Shown here piece by piece: positions 35,801 to 47,800 of a stretch of DNA of 64,000 nt. The first letter of the stretch is position 1. Each line of letters starts with the position of its first letter. The DNA lies in NCBI RefSeq assembly GCF_018977255.1, contig NW_024704743.1:20276001-20340000 (forward strand), given 5' to 3'. A program made the position numbers and the translations under genes. Source of the stretch: Callorhinchus milii (taxonomy: Eukaryota). A model generated the notes under the pieces. The model was given only the letters and a program-made list of their open reading frames with translations, was not told the origin of the DNA and did not search any database.

Positions 35801-38800
35801 GCCCACCCCCTCCACCATCAGCAGTCGGGCCTTCAGTCTTTCTGCCACCACCCTCCGGTACCCCTTCCCGGAATACTTTTGCCTTGACCCCAATTGCCTC
35901 CTTCAAGACCCATCTTAAGACCTTCCTCTTTGACCGTGCCTTTGGTTATCCTCCCACACAGCCCCCCTTTTCTCTCCACCCCCCTTGAGTGTCCAGGAAC
36001 TTGGGACGCCCTCCCAACGTGAAATGCGCTATATTAATGCAATTTGCTGTTGTTATGGAAGGCTGCAAATACGAATCTCAGTCTGTGCTGAGTTAACTAA
36101 TCTCAGCTAGGTTATAAACTGTGGCCCTATTGGTTTGGGAAGAGAAAGCTCAGCCTCAAAATTTACCTCTTTGACCGCACCTATGGTCACCTTAACCCGA
36201 GTCCAACCTAGTCATTTTAAGCGCTCTGAAATTCCTATGTCAAGGGCACTATACAAAAGCAAGATGTTATGTCACACTCACCTGTTCTTTATTATGTCTC
36301 TCTTTCCTCACCTCTTTCATACTGAATCGGTCACACTCTGTACAACGCTTTTCCCTATATCTTCCTTGTGTTGATGTTCACTCTCTGTCCTTTAGCTCTC
36401 ATACCTTCCTTCACACAATTATTTTCTCCACCTTCCACACCTTTTCATCTCTGCGTCTCCCCTTCCTTCCCTCTCCCAGTCTCTATTCCCTCCCTCCCCC
36501 CCACCCCAACTCTTCCTGAATAGTGCATGTTGGCCTCTAACCAAAATTGGAGGCCACCAAAAAAAGATTTGTTTGAGAACCACAAGACTAGAGGACATAA
36601 TAAATGGAAATAGAACATCTGATATTGAAGTTGTGAAGGCTTAGTAATGTGGGGAGCGAAAAGATGAGAAAAGTCACAACAGGAAAAAGAGGATTAGGAG
36701 AAAGTGTCCAGAACGATATTTGTTGAATCTCCCTCACTGCACCCCACCCCCTCGACTAATTTTTCATGGCCACGCACAATATTCTTGCAGAAGAACTAAT
36801 GAAATACACTTCCAATTCATCAGAATATGTCCAGTGGGCAACCAAAAGCATGATTTGTTTTGGTCAGTATCATATAATCAGAAATGAAACATTTTTAGAT
36901 ATCTAGAATAAGTAATTATTAATAGTTACCTCTCGTTTTTCTCAAGACAACCGGTTGTTTTTCCTTCATCCACAATCTTACTGTTTGCTTTTTTCTTTTT
37001 CTCTCTTTTCTTTCTGCTGAGAAGATCATCCTGAAAGGAAAGAGAAGCATTGCTACTGGTGACCCTGGAATAAAGTTTTGACAATCTGTTAACGGGTCTG
37101 TATGAAGAATAAATGTCAAAAAGGTCCTCTGCAATTCATATTTATTACATAAATTTATTTGCCTCTGCCAAGATCATCTGTTACCACAGCATCAAGTCCA
37201 GTTTTTAAATATAAATGACTGATTTCCGGTTTGATCAGTCATGTGCATTTCCACAGCAATCACTCTTGTCAAGTGCAAGAAACAATTCAAGAAACAAGTG
37301 CAAGGTTTCACACAACTAAAGTAGACAAAAGAGTCACGCTTGCAAAGGTCTGTAAAAGTATATTTTGCTGACTAGATGTAATTTGATAGACTAAAAAACA
37401 TGAATTGACAGAGATAAATGCTCAAAGACAAATGTTCAAAGACCAGCACTTTGGCTGCTGTTTTCTGCACATGCCAGGTGCCTGACATGTGCAGAAACCT
37501 GTTGTAATGCTTAAGGGTATCCAAACTAAACAGAGTTCCACTTACACATACCCATGGAAATTTCCTGTGTCTGAAATAGAGTGCACATTCTTTCCCTGGA
37601 GGAATACATCCTGTTTACCTAATTCTAGAAAGAGTAGGCAGAGATTGGCGAGAGCCAAGACTATATTCAGTTACTGCTGAAATTTAACTAGCTAGGACCG
37701 TTCATTACGGCTTTTTAAAGGGTTAACAGGGACTGAGTGGCATGAATTCACGTCCTTATGACTGGACTGTTCCTCCAGGTCCAGCGTATTGCGCACCACC
37801 TCACACAAGAACCGAACAACTGAGAGTGCCACAGAACTCAACTTCAATTTGACATTCTATTGCTAAGCATATCACGTTGGAGCCTATCTGGCTCCCTACC
37901 CTTCAGAGGATCCAGTTCAAGATCCTGGTCCTCACATACAAAGCCCTCCATCACCTCGCCCCACCCTACCTCTGCGACCTCCTAACCCCCTACCAACCTG
38001 CCCATTCCCTCCGCTCAGCCGGCTCTGGCCTTCTCCACGTCCCCCAACTCACCCGCCCCACCATTGGCGGGAGAGCCTTCAGCTACTCTGCCCCCAACCT
38101 CTGGAACTCCGTCCCTCAATCACTCCGCCTCACCCCTCCTTAGCCTCCTTCAAGTCCCGCCTCAAGACCCTCCTCTTCGACCATGCCATCAGCCACCCCC
38201 CTTCCCCTCCCCTCCTTTCCCCCCCCAACCCCAGCTCGGGTCTGAAACTAAGGGAACTCGAGTAGAGCAATAAGGTAAACCTCAGGTTTCCGTGTAAAAA
38301 CAATTCCGGGGCACGAATGCTGTACACGAGCCAATCACTGATGGTTTCTGACAACTTAAATGACTACATTTGAAACAACAGTTGCTGACTGCTTGTAATT
38401 ATTTAGTATTTCAAATTATAAAAAAAGGAACTTTTGACAATAAGCAAAGGGTTTTTGTGCAAAATGCATTAATTTTAACCTCAAATAGATCATTGCTCCT
38501 CCCAAATTGAAAAATAAGCCAATCCATCACCATTTAGAGTAATTTTTTTAAAAAAGAATACTTCAAGCAATAGAATAAAGATATATTTAAATATGCACTT
38601 GAAAATGGAACATGAAAACGGAAAATAATTTCTCCATTTTAATAAGAAAACATAAAAATTAGTATAAGGATGTGAAAAATAGGTTTTCTTTTCTAATGCA
38701 TTCATTTATTTCTAACACATTGTCAGGTAGGTACAGTTTCCCACATGCACTATTCTGAAATATTAGTCAGTATTGAAAGCTGGCGCCACCATAAACTCAC

Positions 38801-41800
38801 TACCACATTGTAGTGCAAAGCATACAGCTCTCTCAATGGGAAATACTTTCAGACTCACTAAAGTCTGTGCACAGCCAACTCACTAATGTGAATTGGTCAT
38901 AGAACATTAAAGGTACATTTATATGTGAAACATTTCAGATCCAATGAGAAGACTCATGAACCTGATTTCTGTTGATCTATACATTTTATAAATCTGCTGC
39001 AACGTAAAATATCCAAACTCATACATTTCACAGAGCAACAGATCTAATAAAGCACAAGCAGATTTATGGAGATAATAGATGGAACTAGCAGCTGATTATC
39101 ATTTGGCACTCACGTGACTGATTCAGGAACCTTAGTAACTTCTCCCTTCAAATGAACTGATACCTGGGTAACACTATTCTTCAGTAGGATTTGTGCTAGT
39201 ATACCATTACAAAAACTGGTACAATATATGTTGCAAATACAGTCGAGTCTGCTTAATGCCATATCTGTCATAGCCGACAAAATTATAATATTTACGTACT
39301 ATAAAAATAGGGGAACTTTCAAACACTTCCAGACTGTTCTGAAGGCATTTACAACATTAAAACATGCAATATTTTACTTTAAGTTCACTGTAATACTTTT
39401 TTTTTAAAAAAATCAGTTATTTTTGACTGCTTTATCTTCAAATTTGAACCACAAAATAACAACAACTTGCATTCATATAGCGACCTTCACATGGGTAGCG
39501 TCCCAGAGCGCTTCAAACAGCCATTATGGGTCTAAAATACTCCACTGTAATAGCATTTTCTCATTGAACTATCCGCTTTCTATCAACTGGCCCATTCTCT
39601 CAATGGACCAGGCACAATAGAACTGTGCCTCGCCTCGATTAAAAGAGATATACAAAGGGAAAACAAAAATGTTTTGAAAAGAAAGTGAAATACAAAATAA
39701 TATTTGCTAGAAAAATGAGTTTATTGTCCATTTTTGTTCCCATCCTCTGTAAATCATCCTGGAGAACACCTCTTGCAGTATCAGGTTGATATTCTTCATA
39801 CTATATTGGTTGGATAACATTTGCAGTACTGTGTACAGTTCTGGTCGCCATACCACAGGAAGGATATTGTAGTATTGGAGAGAGTGCAGCATAGATCTAC
39901 GAGGATACCGCTATCACGAACAATTAGACAGGTCAGAGCTTTTCTCTCTGAAAATAAGTAACTGAGAGAGATTCTGATAGATATCTTTAAGACTATGAAA
40001 GGATTTGGTAAATTAGGCATTAATAGGCAGTTCCACTTGTTGGTGAATCCAAATCGAGGGGCAAAAATATAAGTTTGCTAGTAGCAGATCTACAAGAGAG
40101 TCTAGAAGTAACTCCTTTATTCAGAGGGTGGTAAGAATGTGCAACTGACTGCCGAAAGCTCATGGTTGAAGCAAAAGGCATCACTTTATTTAGATTCATC
40201 TCCTTACAAAAAGGAAGTTTTGTGCATAAGTGAGAGAAGGGAATAAAGCGCTCCAGAAGAGGGGATTAGGAGGGGTGGAAGTTTACGGGGAGTATAAGCA
40301 CGAGCATGGACAATTAGTTGGGCCAAATGGCCTATTTCTGTGGTGCATCATTTTAAGAAAATTCTATCTATGTATATGATCTTGTTAGCAGACTGGTCTT
40401 TGGCTGGAGGCTTCATAACCAAGCATTATACTGTTCTCACCAGACACCCAGATCTGACTCATTATCACCCATTTTGTCACCTCTACACAGAAAATCAGGA
40501 AAATGAGTCATCAGGAAAATCTTTGCAAATTTCCTGAGGCTCTATATTTTAGCATCTCAATTATCTTAACTTGAATGGCTTTCTGTCCCTATTTACAAGA
40601 TATCACCCACACATGAATCAATCAATTATTATAATGCTGTAAAACGGAATGCACCCTCTTAAAAAAACTGCCAAAATTAAATAAGATGCAACTTAAGAAA
40701 GAGATATGTAAACAAACACCATCAACTGCAAAAAATTGAAAGCATTTGAATTTAAATCTACAAACACCTTATATAGTTATCTTTAGGGTGTGACCATACA
40801 GATAATAAATTTGCATTTTTCTCATTTTCAGTACACAAGTGGCATCAGTCTGGATCATAACATTTAATATGACGTATGCGAAGTCCGAGTTGCTGGCAAT
40901 CCGATTTAATCAATAATATACGTTGCACATGCATAAGTTAATGCTGCCAGTAAGTGCGCATGCAATAGTTCGAAACTGCAGCTGGTAAGTGCACATGCGG
41001 TGATGGATCAAGACTACATTTCCCACAATTCTATGCATTTTGATCTGTCGCATTTAATGAAGTTCTTTTGTGCATGCGTGGACGGATCAAGACTACTTTC
41101 ATGAGATTCAATGCAACCAGTCAGTGTGTTAGTAATGGAGGGGAGGGCAGTGGCATTATGAATTAGGATGTGATTAATACGAGGAGCACAAAGAAATCTA
41201 AGTGTTTTTGATGGGAAACTGAATGGAACTCAGGTGAATGTACAACTTAGGCGATTATGTAATTTGAAAAAGGTGAGTTTGACTGTACTAACTTTGTAAA
41301 AGCTAAGACTTGAAAATAGCACAATTTATCAAAAGCTCCTTATTTCTTTGTCAACTTACCAGTTGTTTCTCAAGGTAAATTGACCAAACCACAGCATAAT
41401 GGCCCACGGTCAGAATCACGAAGAGCAGCAGTGAAAGCTCCGCATTACTCATCTTTCTTACTCGCCTGTAGTAGAAAACAGGCTGTCGCCAATCTGGCAG
41501 GCCATTCGCCAAAACATCGTCATACCTGTACACAGGAAAAAAGTACAATCTAAGAATCTGAGCAAGACAGCCACCAAAAATCTGTCATTATAAAAGCGCC
41601 TTGATTATTAAACCTCAACGAAAGTCTCTTTGTAATTTATCAATTTTAATGCCCACGGTTTTTGTCACAAATTGAATAGCTAGGCTCTACACACTACATT
41701 CGTCTATCTGAAAGAAATTTTATCGAAGAATAAAGACTAATAAATTTGACCAATTACCCTGTTTGTTGCTTTTGGTTCAAAGACAGTTGCCCTATGGCAT

Positions 41801-44800
41801 AAAACAATTTTAGCTACAGCAATTCATTACTGTATGTGCTTTACGGCTGCATTCAATGTGGGTTTTGTCAATTACCTTTATGGAAACAAGATCATGTCAA
41901 TTTGACAGAGTGTACACATTGGGGAACTGTGGAATTCTTATTCTACTTTACAAGTGGAGGAAATCTCTCAACTCTCAAGAGACATAGTCACAAACAAATT
42001 AGGTCACAAATAAAAAAATGGAGATTGCACTGGTCACCACCATGTATGTACGATGTGGTGCAAAGTGTAAATTTAAACCCCATTTTCAAACAGATTGAAT
42101 TTTTTAAAAAACACCAGCGTGATGGAACCACTAAAAGCAGAATGTGAATGCATACTTTTCTTACATACAAACGTCCGAGCTTACAGAAATAAGCACGACA
42201 GTATTTTAATACTAGGCCATTCTGATAAACCACAAAGCAGCTGGATGGAGGAAGGGCATCATTGGTTATCCGGGTGCAGATCGACTACGTATCATGGTGG
42301 TCATGGAATGTTGCAAACTGAAAGTTGTGAAAGAAAAGAACCTACAGATTCTAAAATAAAATTTAATTCATAAAATGCACTGAACTGGTTTAAAATGCAA
42401 ACATTACTAATACTCATTTACCTCAAATATCTCATAAACTGCATTCGCCCACAAAATAAACAGTCAATTCACTTTACAATATATTCTGTGAAGCGCTTTT
42501 GGGGTGTCTCGAAGACGTGATTAGGCTCTATATCAAATGCAAGGATTATTATTCCCACTGCACAACACAGAATACTATAGAGTACAACACCGAATTCTAC
42601 AGAGGACAACACAGCCGAGCCTGATCTTGTTTTACCAGATGCCTACACACATGCCCTTTCAGCAAGGATTACTTAACAACGTTGAATTTTCTTCTCCCCT
42701 GGAATCAAACCTGCAACCTTCTGGCCAGTATGGTTTAGCACTACACCAGACAGAAGTTATCAGGAAAGCTACACAATACTCATAATTCACCGCCTCAAAT
42801 TGCTACACTACTACTATGACTGACCTTGAACAACCAGTATTTCACTCTATTATATAACTCAAATGGTTCATAAAAACAGCAGATTTACAATTCTACTCAT
42901 CACACTACACACTTTTCCTGGTTCTTAAAATGTATTGAAAGCTTTTTTTGGAAATCCATAATTTCAAGGCAATTGTGTTTTCCTTAAACATAACTAAACA
43001 TTCAAGCAAAAAGCCATATTACATTTTATTCTACTCAATCTCTCTGTATAAGGAATATAATCAGGTGATCTTATTTTTTAAAAATCCTAAAACATTAAAT
43101 TTTGTGAATTATACAATTGTAAAGACCACGTTAAAATAATAGAATTTGTTAACCTTAATTTTTAATCCTGTTACATTTTTATAATGGATCCCTTTTACTC
43201 CGGGTCAAATGATTAACTGCAAATAATCCTACTTTAAACACACTATAGTTATGATTATTTCTACAGTTTCCCAAGGCTTTCCCCTCCATCTTGTTCAATG
43301 CTCCAACCTTAACAGTTTCCCCATTTCAGGTTCCTCAAAATCTAAGGATGTATATAGTGCTCACAGCTCAGTGTATTGATGAAAGAAAAGTACAAATGAA
43401 GTATTTGAGAATATTCATATTGTTTGAATCATACCAACTATGCGAATGCCTCAAATTTATCGTGAAATAAATATTTTAGACAGAAAAGCATTTTGAATAA
43501 TAAACAGGACCATATCTTTTTAAACCCAAGATTATTCTAGCAGTTCCAATTCCAAATCCTTTTAACAGCATATACCTAAATTATACATATTCAGGAATTT
43601 CCTATGGCAAAAGATAAAAAATAAAAATACCCTGGCAAAATACTATTATTCAAGTATATGTTATCCTGGCATCAAACAGTTTATATTTATGCATTTTTAA
43701 ATTTGAAATAAGTAGCTGACAGTGATTCAAATTTGGAATTGTGCGGTGGGGTTGAAAAAGTACTTGAATGAGAAAAACTGCAGAATAAATGACATGAAAA
43801 CTAGGATAAGTGTCTCAGAGCTGAATCCTTGCACTTGGCATGCGGCATATTGGGTTTCCTGCACCAGACGTCCTTTATGTCAAAGAAATTTTACTGGTGC
43901 TTTTACCTGTTTGGGGGCTTTTCAACGGTTTATAAAATTGCAAAAGCAAATCAGAACTACTCAACTATATTACTGCTTTTCAATTCATGATGAGCCAATC
44001 TACGGTTGGAGAGAAAGTCCCAGTGTGCCATAGATCCATACAATATAGGTCAGACATCCACTGCCATTCAATCTCTTTATGATTCAATCAACTATATATT
44101 CTAGCTCTGCTGCATTCAGTGAATGAGAAACACATGTAAACTGTCCTGGTCATGAAAAGATCTTAACAAATTTATTTTGAATATTCACTGAAGTGAAACA
44201 AAAGCTAATTTCAGAAAATCGGTGAAAATACCTTGTCTCAGACTTACAGCTGGAATGTCGATCTAAGCAGTTAAAGGCCCTACTTAAATTTTAAAAAATG
44301 GATTTATACTGGCAGGGATATTTACCAACAGAAAAGTCTGTCTCACATCAACCCTTCTGTCTCCTACAATAGCTTTAAATATCATCAGTCTTTGCTTTTT
44401 GGCACTGTTGCATGAATACAGCAGACTTGAAAGTCCACTTCATCTTAGCCAGTAAGACCATTTTGTTTCAAAATTTAAAATTGCAAAGAAGTGTTGACAA
44501 TTCTTAAATTCAGAAGCCAGCTTTCCACAGTTCTCAATAATTATAATAATCCTTGCATTTGATATAGTGCATATAATGTTGAGAATGTTTCAAAGGCATT
44601 CACAACATTTCTGTGATGTGTTGTGCCTATATTTGTAAGCGAAATAAGTTTAAAAAGACCTGGAATCCAAACTAAAACTGAAGAATTTTTCACAATTCTA
44701 CACAGCCTTAGTCTGCAAGACCATTTTGTCTTCAAGTTTAAGATTGAAAGGTATTTCAGATCGACCATGCTCAGAAACATTTTGCTTCATACTCATGCAA

Positions 44801-47800
44801 CAAGCAAATCATCCTCAGCTTCAGTTTATGACAATTAAATGGTGAATTAGTGTTATGAAAGTGTAAAACAAAAACAAATCACAGTGCAAGTTCTGCACTG
44901 TTCTTAGAATGACCCTAAATTAATTACAGGCTGCTTTTCTGTGATTCTGCTTCAAATGTCAAAATGTATTGCGATTTTCTACAAGTATCAAAACAAAATT
45001 ATATTTTGTCAATTTCTTTTGAAGCCCATTTTGGAAATAATGGAGTATAGCACAAATCTGTCCACCTTCCCAATGTTACAGCACGCCAGAAAAAAAAATC
45101 TAGTAGCAGATCTGTTATTTACAGTAGCCTGTAAATAATTGGTTTAAAGCTCTTCTCCACTCAAAGCAGCCAAAAACAGAGGCTGTGAATACTCACTTAA
45201 AATAATAGGCATTCCTGGAACATCTGGGTGGGAAAAGCCTTAGGCTGGCTGAGTCCACACAAATCAATTGACTTTTTATCCTATTGACTGAAATTTTCTT
45301 TTTTAAAAAAAAAAGCTGAAGCGTGAGACAATTCTCAGATGAAAGCTATAGAACATATACCTAAAATATTCACTGTGTAGTTTCACAGTATAGTCTTCCA
45401 ATTACATCAAGTCTGGAATATTTTCTTCTAGGTTAGCCTTAAACCACACAAATTCTATTAAATCTGGATACCACAGAAGCTTCAATCTACTGAAGAGGAA
45501 GGACCTGGGTGTGTGTCTACAATTTCCCATGGCGAGCTACAGAGGTCAGCCACTTCTCTGTACGAGAGGGTATAACACGTCACCTCAGGTCATTCTTGCT
45601 CACGTGCTAGCAGACAGCTACAGAACAGTGTTGGCAGAAACCTAGCAGCAGGTCACCAGCCCATCCTCTCTGCCAGGAAATTGCATAGCAGAAAATGGGA
45701 GAAGGGGGAGGGGAGTAAGAAATCTAAAAGTAAAAAAAAGTTGTGGAAAATGGCAAATTTAGTAAAAATTCTTCACATTATCATTCACTACAATAACACT
45801 GCATTGTGCTATTGTGTGCTGGAAAGCAATTCATAAGCAGCAATTTATGATAAAATAATTTCACAATCTGAAGTGGGCAATCACACAGGGCGGGAAGGGG
45901 TGGGGGGGGCGGGGGGGAATTGAACTCACTGGATCATTAATATTAAGTTCTCACCCACAGCCTTCTCTGCCGGGGAAGGATAGATAGAACAAGACGAGGA
46001 AAAAAAGAGAGAAGTTTCCCTCTTTCCCATAAAGTCATATACAATACAAAAGGTCATATACAATACAAGGTGCCCCTCTTATTTCACACCCTGGTTTAGC
46101 ACAAGTCTGCTTATAGTATGGGTGCACTGTGCTATAATCCAACCGCGATGCAACTGTCTCCCTAAGTTAAAAATGTACAGGAACAGATCTGCAGCAACCT
46201 AACAAGCTAGAAGGCAGCCATTTGTACAACTTTGCTGTAAAGCATGGCCTGAGTAAATAGCCACTGTGTAATAATGGAGCCACCCTGCATAACCCACTAG
46301 CATTTACATTACAACAGCCAGCCAGAATAATCAGAATAATCACAGCAGTGATAAATTCATATGTGTTGCAGAATTAAAATTGTCTGTTCTTAACAATGCA
46401 TAAGGAAAATGGTCATGAAATCAGAGCTTTGCAACTAAATGGTAATTCTCTATAGATATATATGGTAATTACAGAAGCTAAAAGAACATATGGATTCCAC
46501 ACACCATATACAGTTGTGCAGCACAATACCTAGTTTTGCTCATGGGCACCTCTGATTAAGGAGAGGTAAAACAAACAAAACACACTGGACTGTGGGGAAG
46601 TTCAACATACCCCCCCCATCCCACCCCCAGTAGGTCATATTTACGCCTGGATTTTCTTATTCTGCATCTCTCCAAATTCAAGCTTTAGGACTGCACTTAA
46701 TTTCAGAATATAAATTACTGGCACGAAAACAAGCGACAGGACCGAGAGGCAAGATATGAAAGAGTAAACAAGGAAACCAAAGCACCTGGAATATTCTAGA
46801 CATAATTTGGTATACTTAATTTCTCTATATTCTTCAGGATGAAAAACAACAGGACCATAACTAGAGACTGCTTTAATTCACTTTGTACAAATCCACAATA
46901 AAATTTTAGGACAATATATCAACAGGATACAATTAATCTATTTTTTTCACACTTGCCAATGAAACAATACGTCACGACAACTCTAAATCTCCCCTCAAAA
47001 TATCTGAAATCTGATCAAATTTAAGCCACATTCCCCAACCCAGTTGATTTGTTCATAACAAATGGCAATTATTACTTTTTCCTTAAAAAGCTTGCATTGG
47101 GATTTGTTGCAAATTAACTGAATGGCACTTCTGTCTCTGTCCCTTTTAGAAAACTCAAAACATTAAACAAGAACAAATTGTAAAATATAAATCATCTCCA
47201 CCTACCTAAAAGTCTGCAAGCCCCCCATAAATAAAGAATATTCTTTGAGGTAGACACATTTTAACTTGTCATGAATAAATTGAAGATAACTGCATTTGTA
47301 TCGCATGCCCTTTGAACAAAAAATACATTGTCACACAATGCAGTTCCAAAATCACTAAGTTAATGTTAATACCCTAACAGTGTAATCAAAATATACAGTA
47401 TTTCCACATAGATTTCCACCAGTGGGCAACTGAAATGTACACAAGATAAAAACAAAAATTGATATCAGACACATAATACAGCCTTTTAATATTTTTCAAT
47501 TGTACTAAATTGAACTAATTTGTACTAAATTGAAAATTTAGTATATAGATAATTTACTAAACTAAATTGTACTAAAATTGGCACTTCCTGTTCATCCCTC
47601 GTACCCTCCGCCCCACCATCGGAGGTCGTGCTTTCAGCCACCACGCCCCAAAAAACTCTGGAACACTCTCCCTCAATCGCTCCGCCTTGCCCACTCTCTC
47701 CCCTCTTTCAAGTCCCGCCTGAAAATTTTCCTCTTCGACCGTGCTTCCCCTTCCCCCCTCCCCTGGCTTGGAGTTCAGGCTCAGCCACTGTTAAGAGCTC

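Noticed and set aside
46033..46070. Short tandem duplications (also 24498-24522, 42562-42614, 49294-49326, 19510-19540)
   Set aside because: Two-copy 12-22 nt duplications are ordinary slippage products with no further structure.
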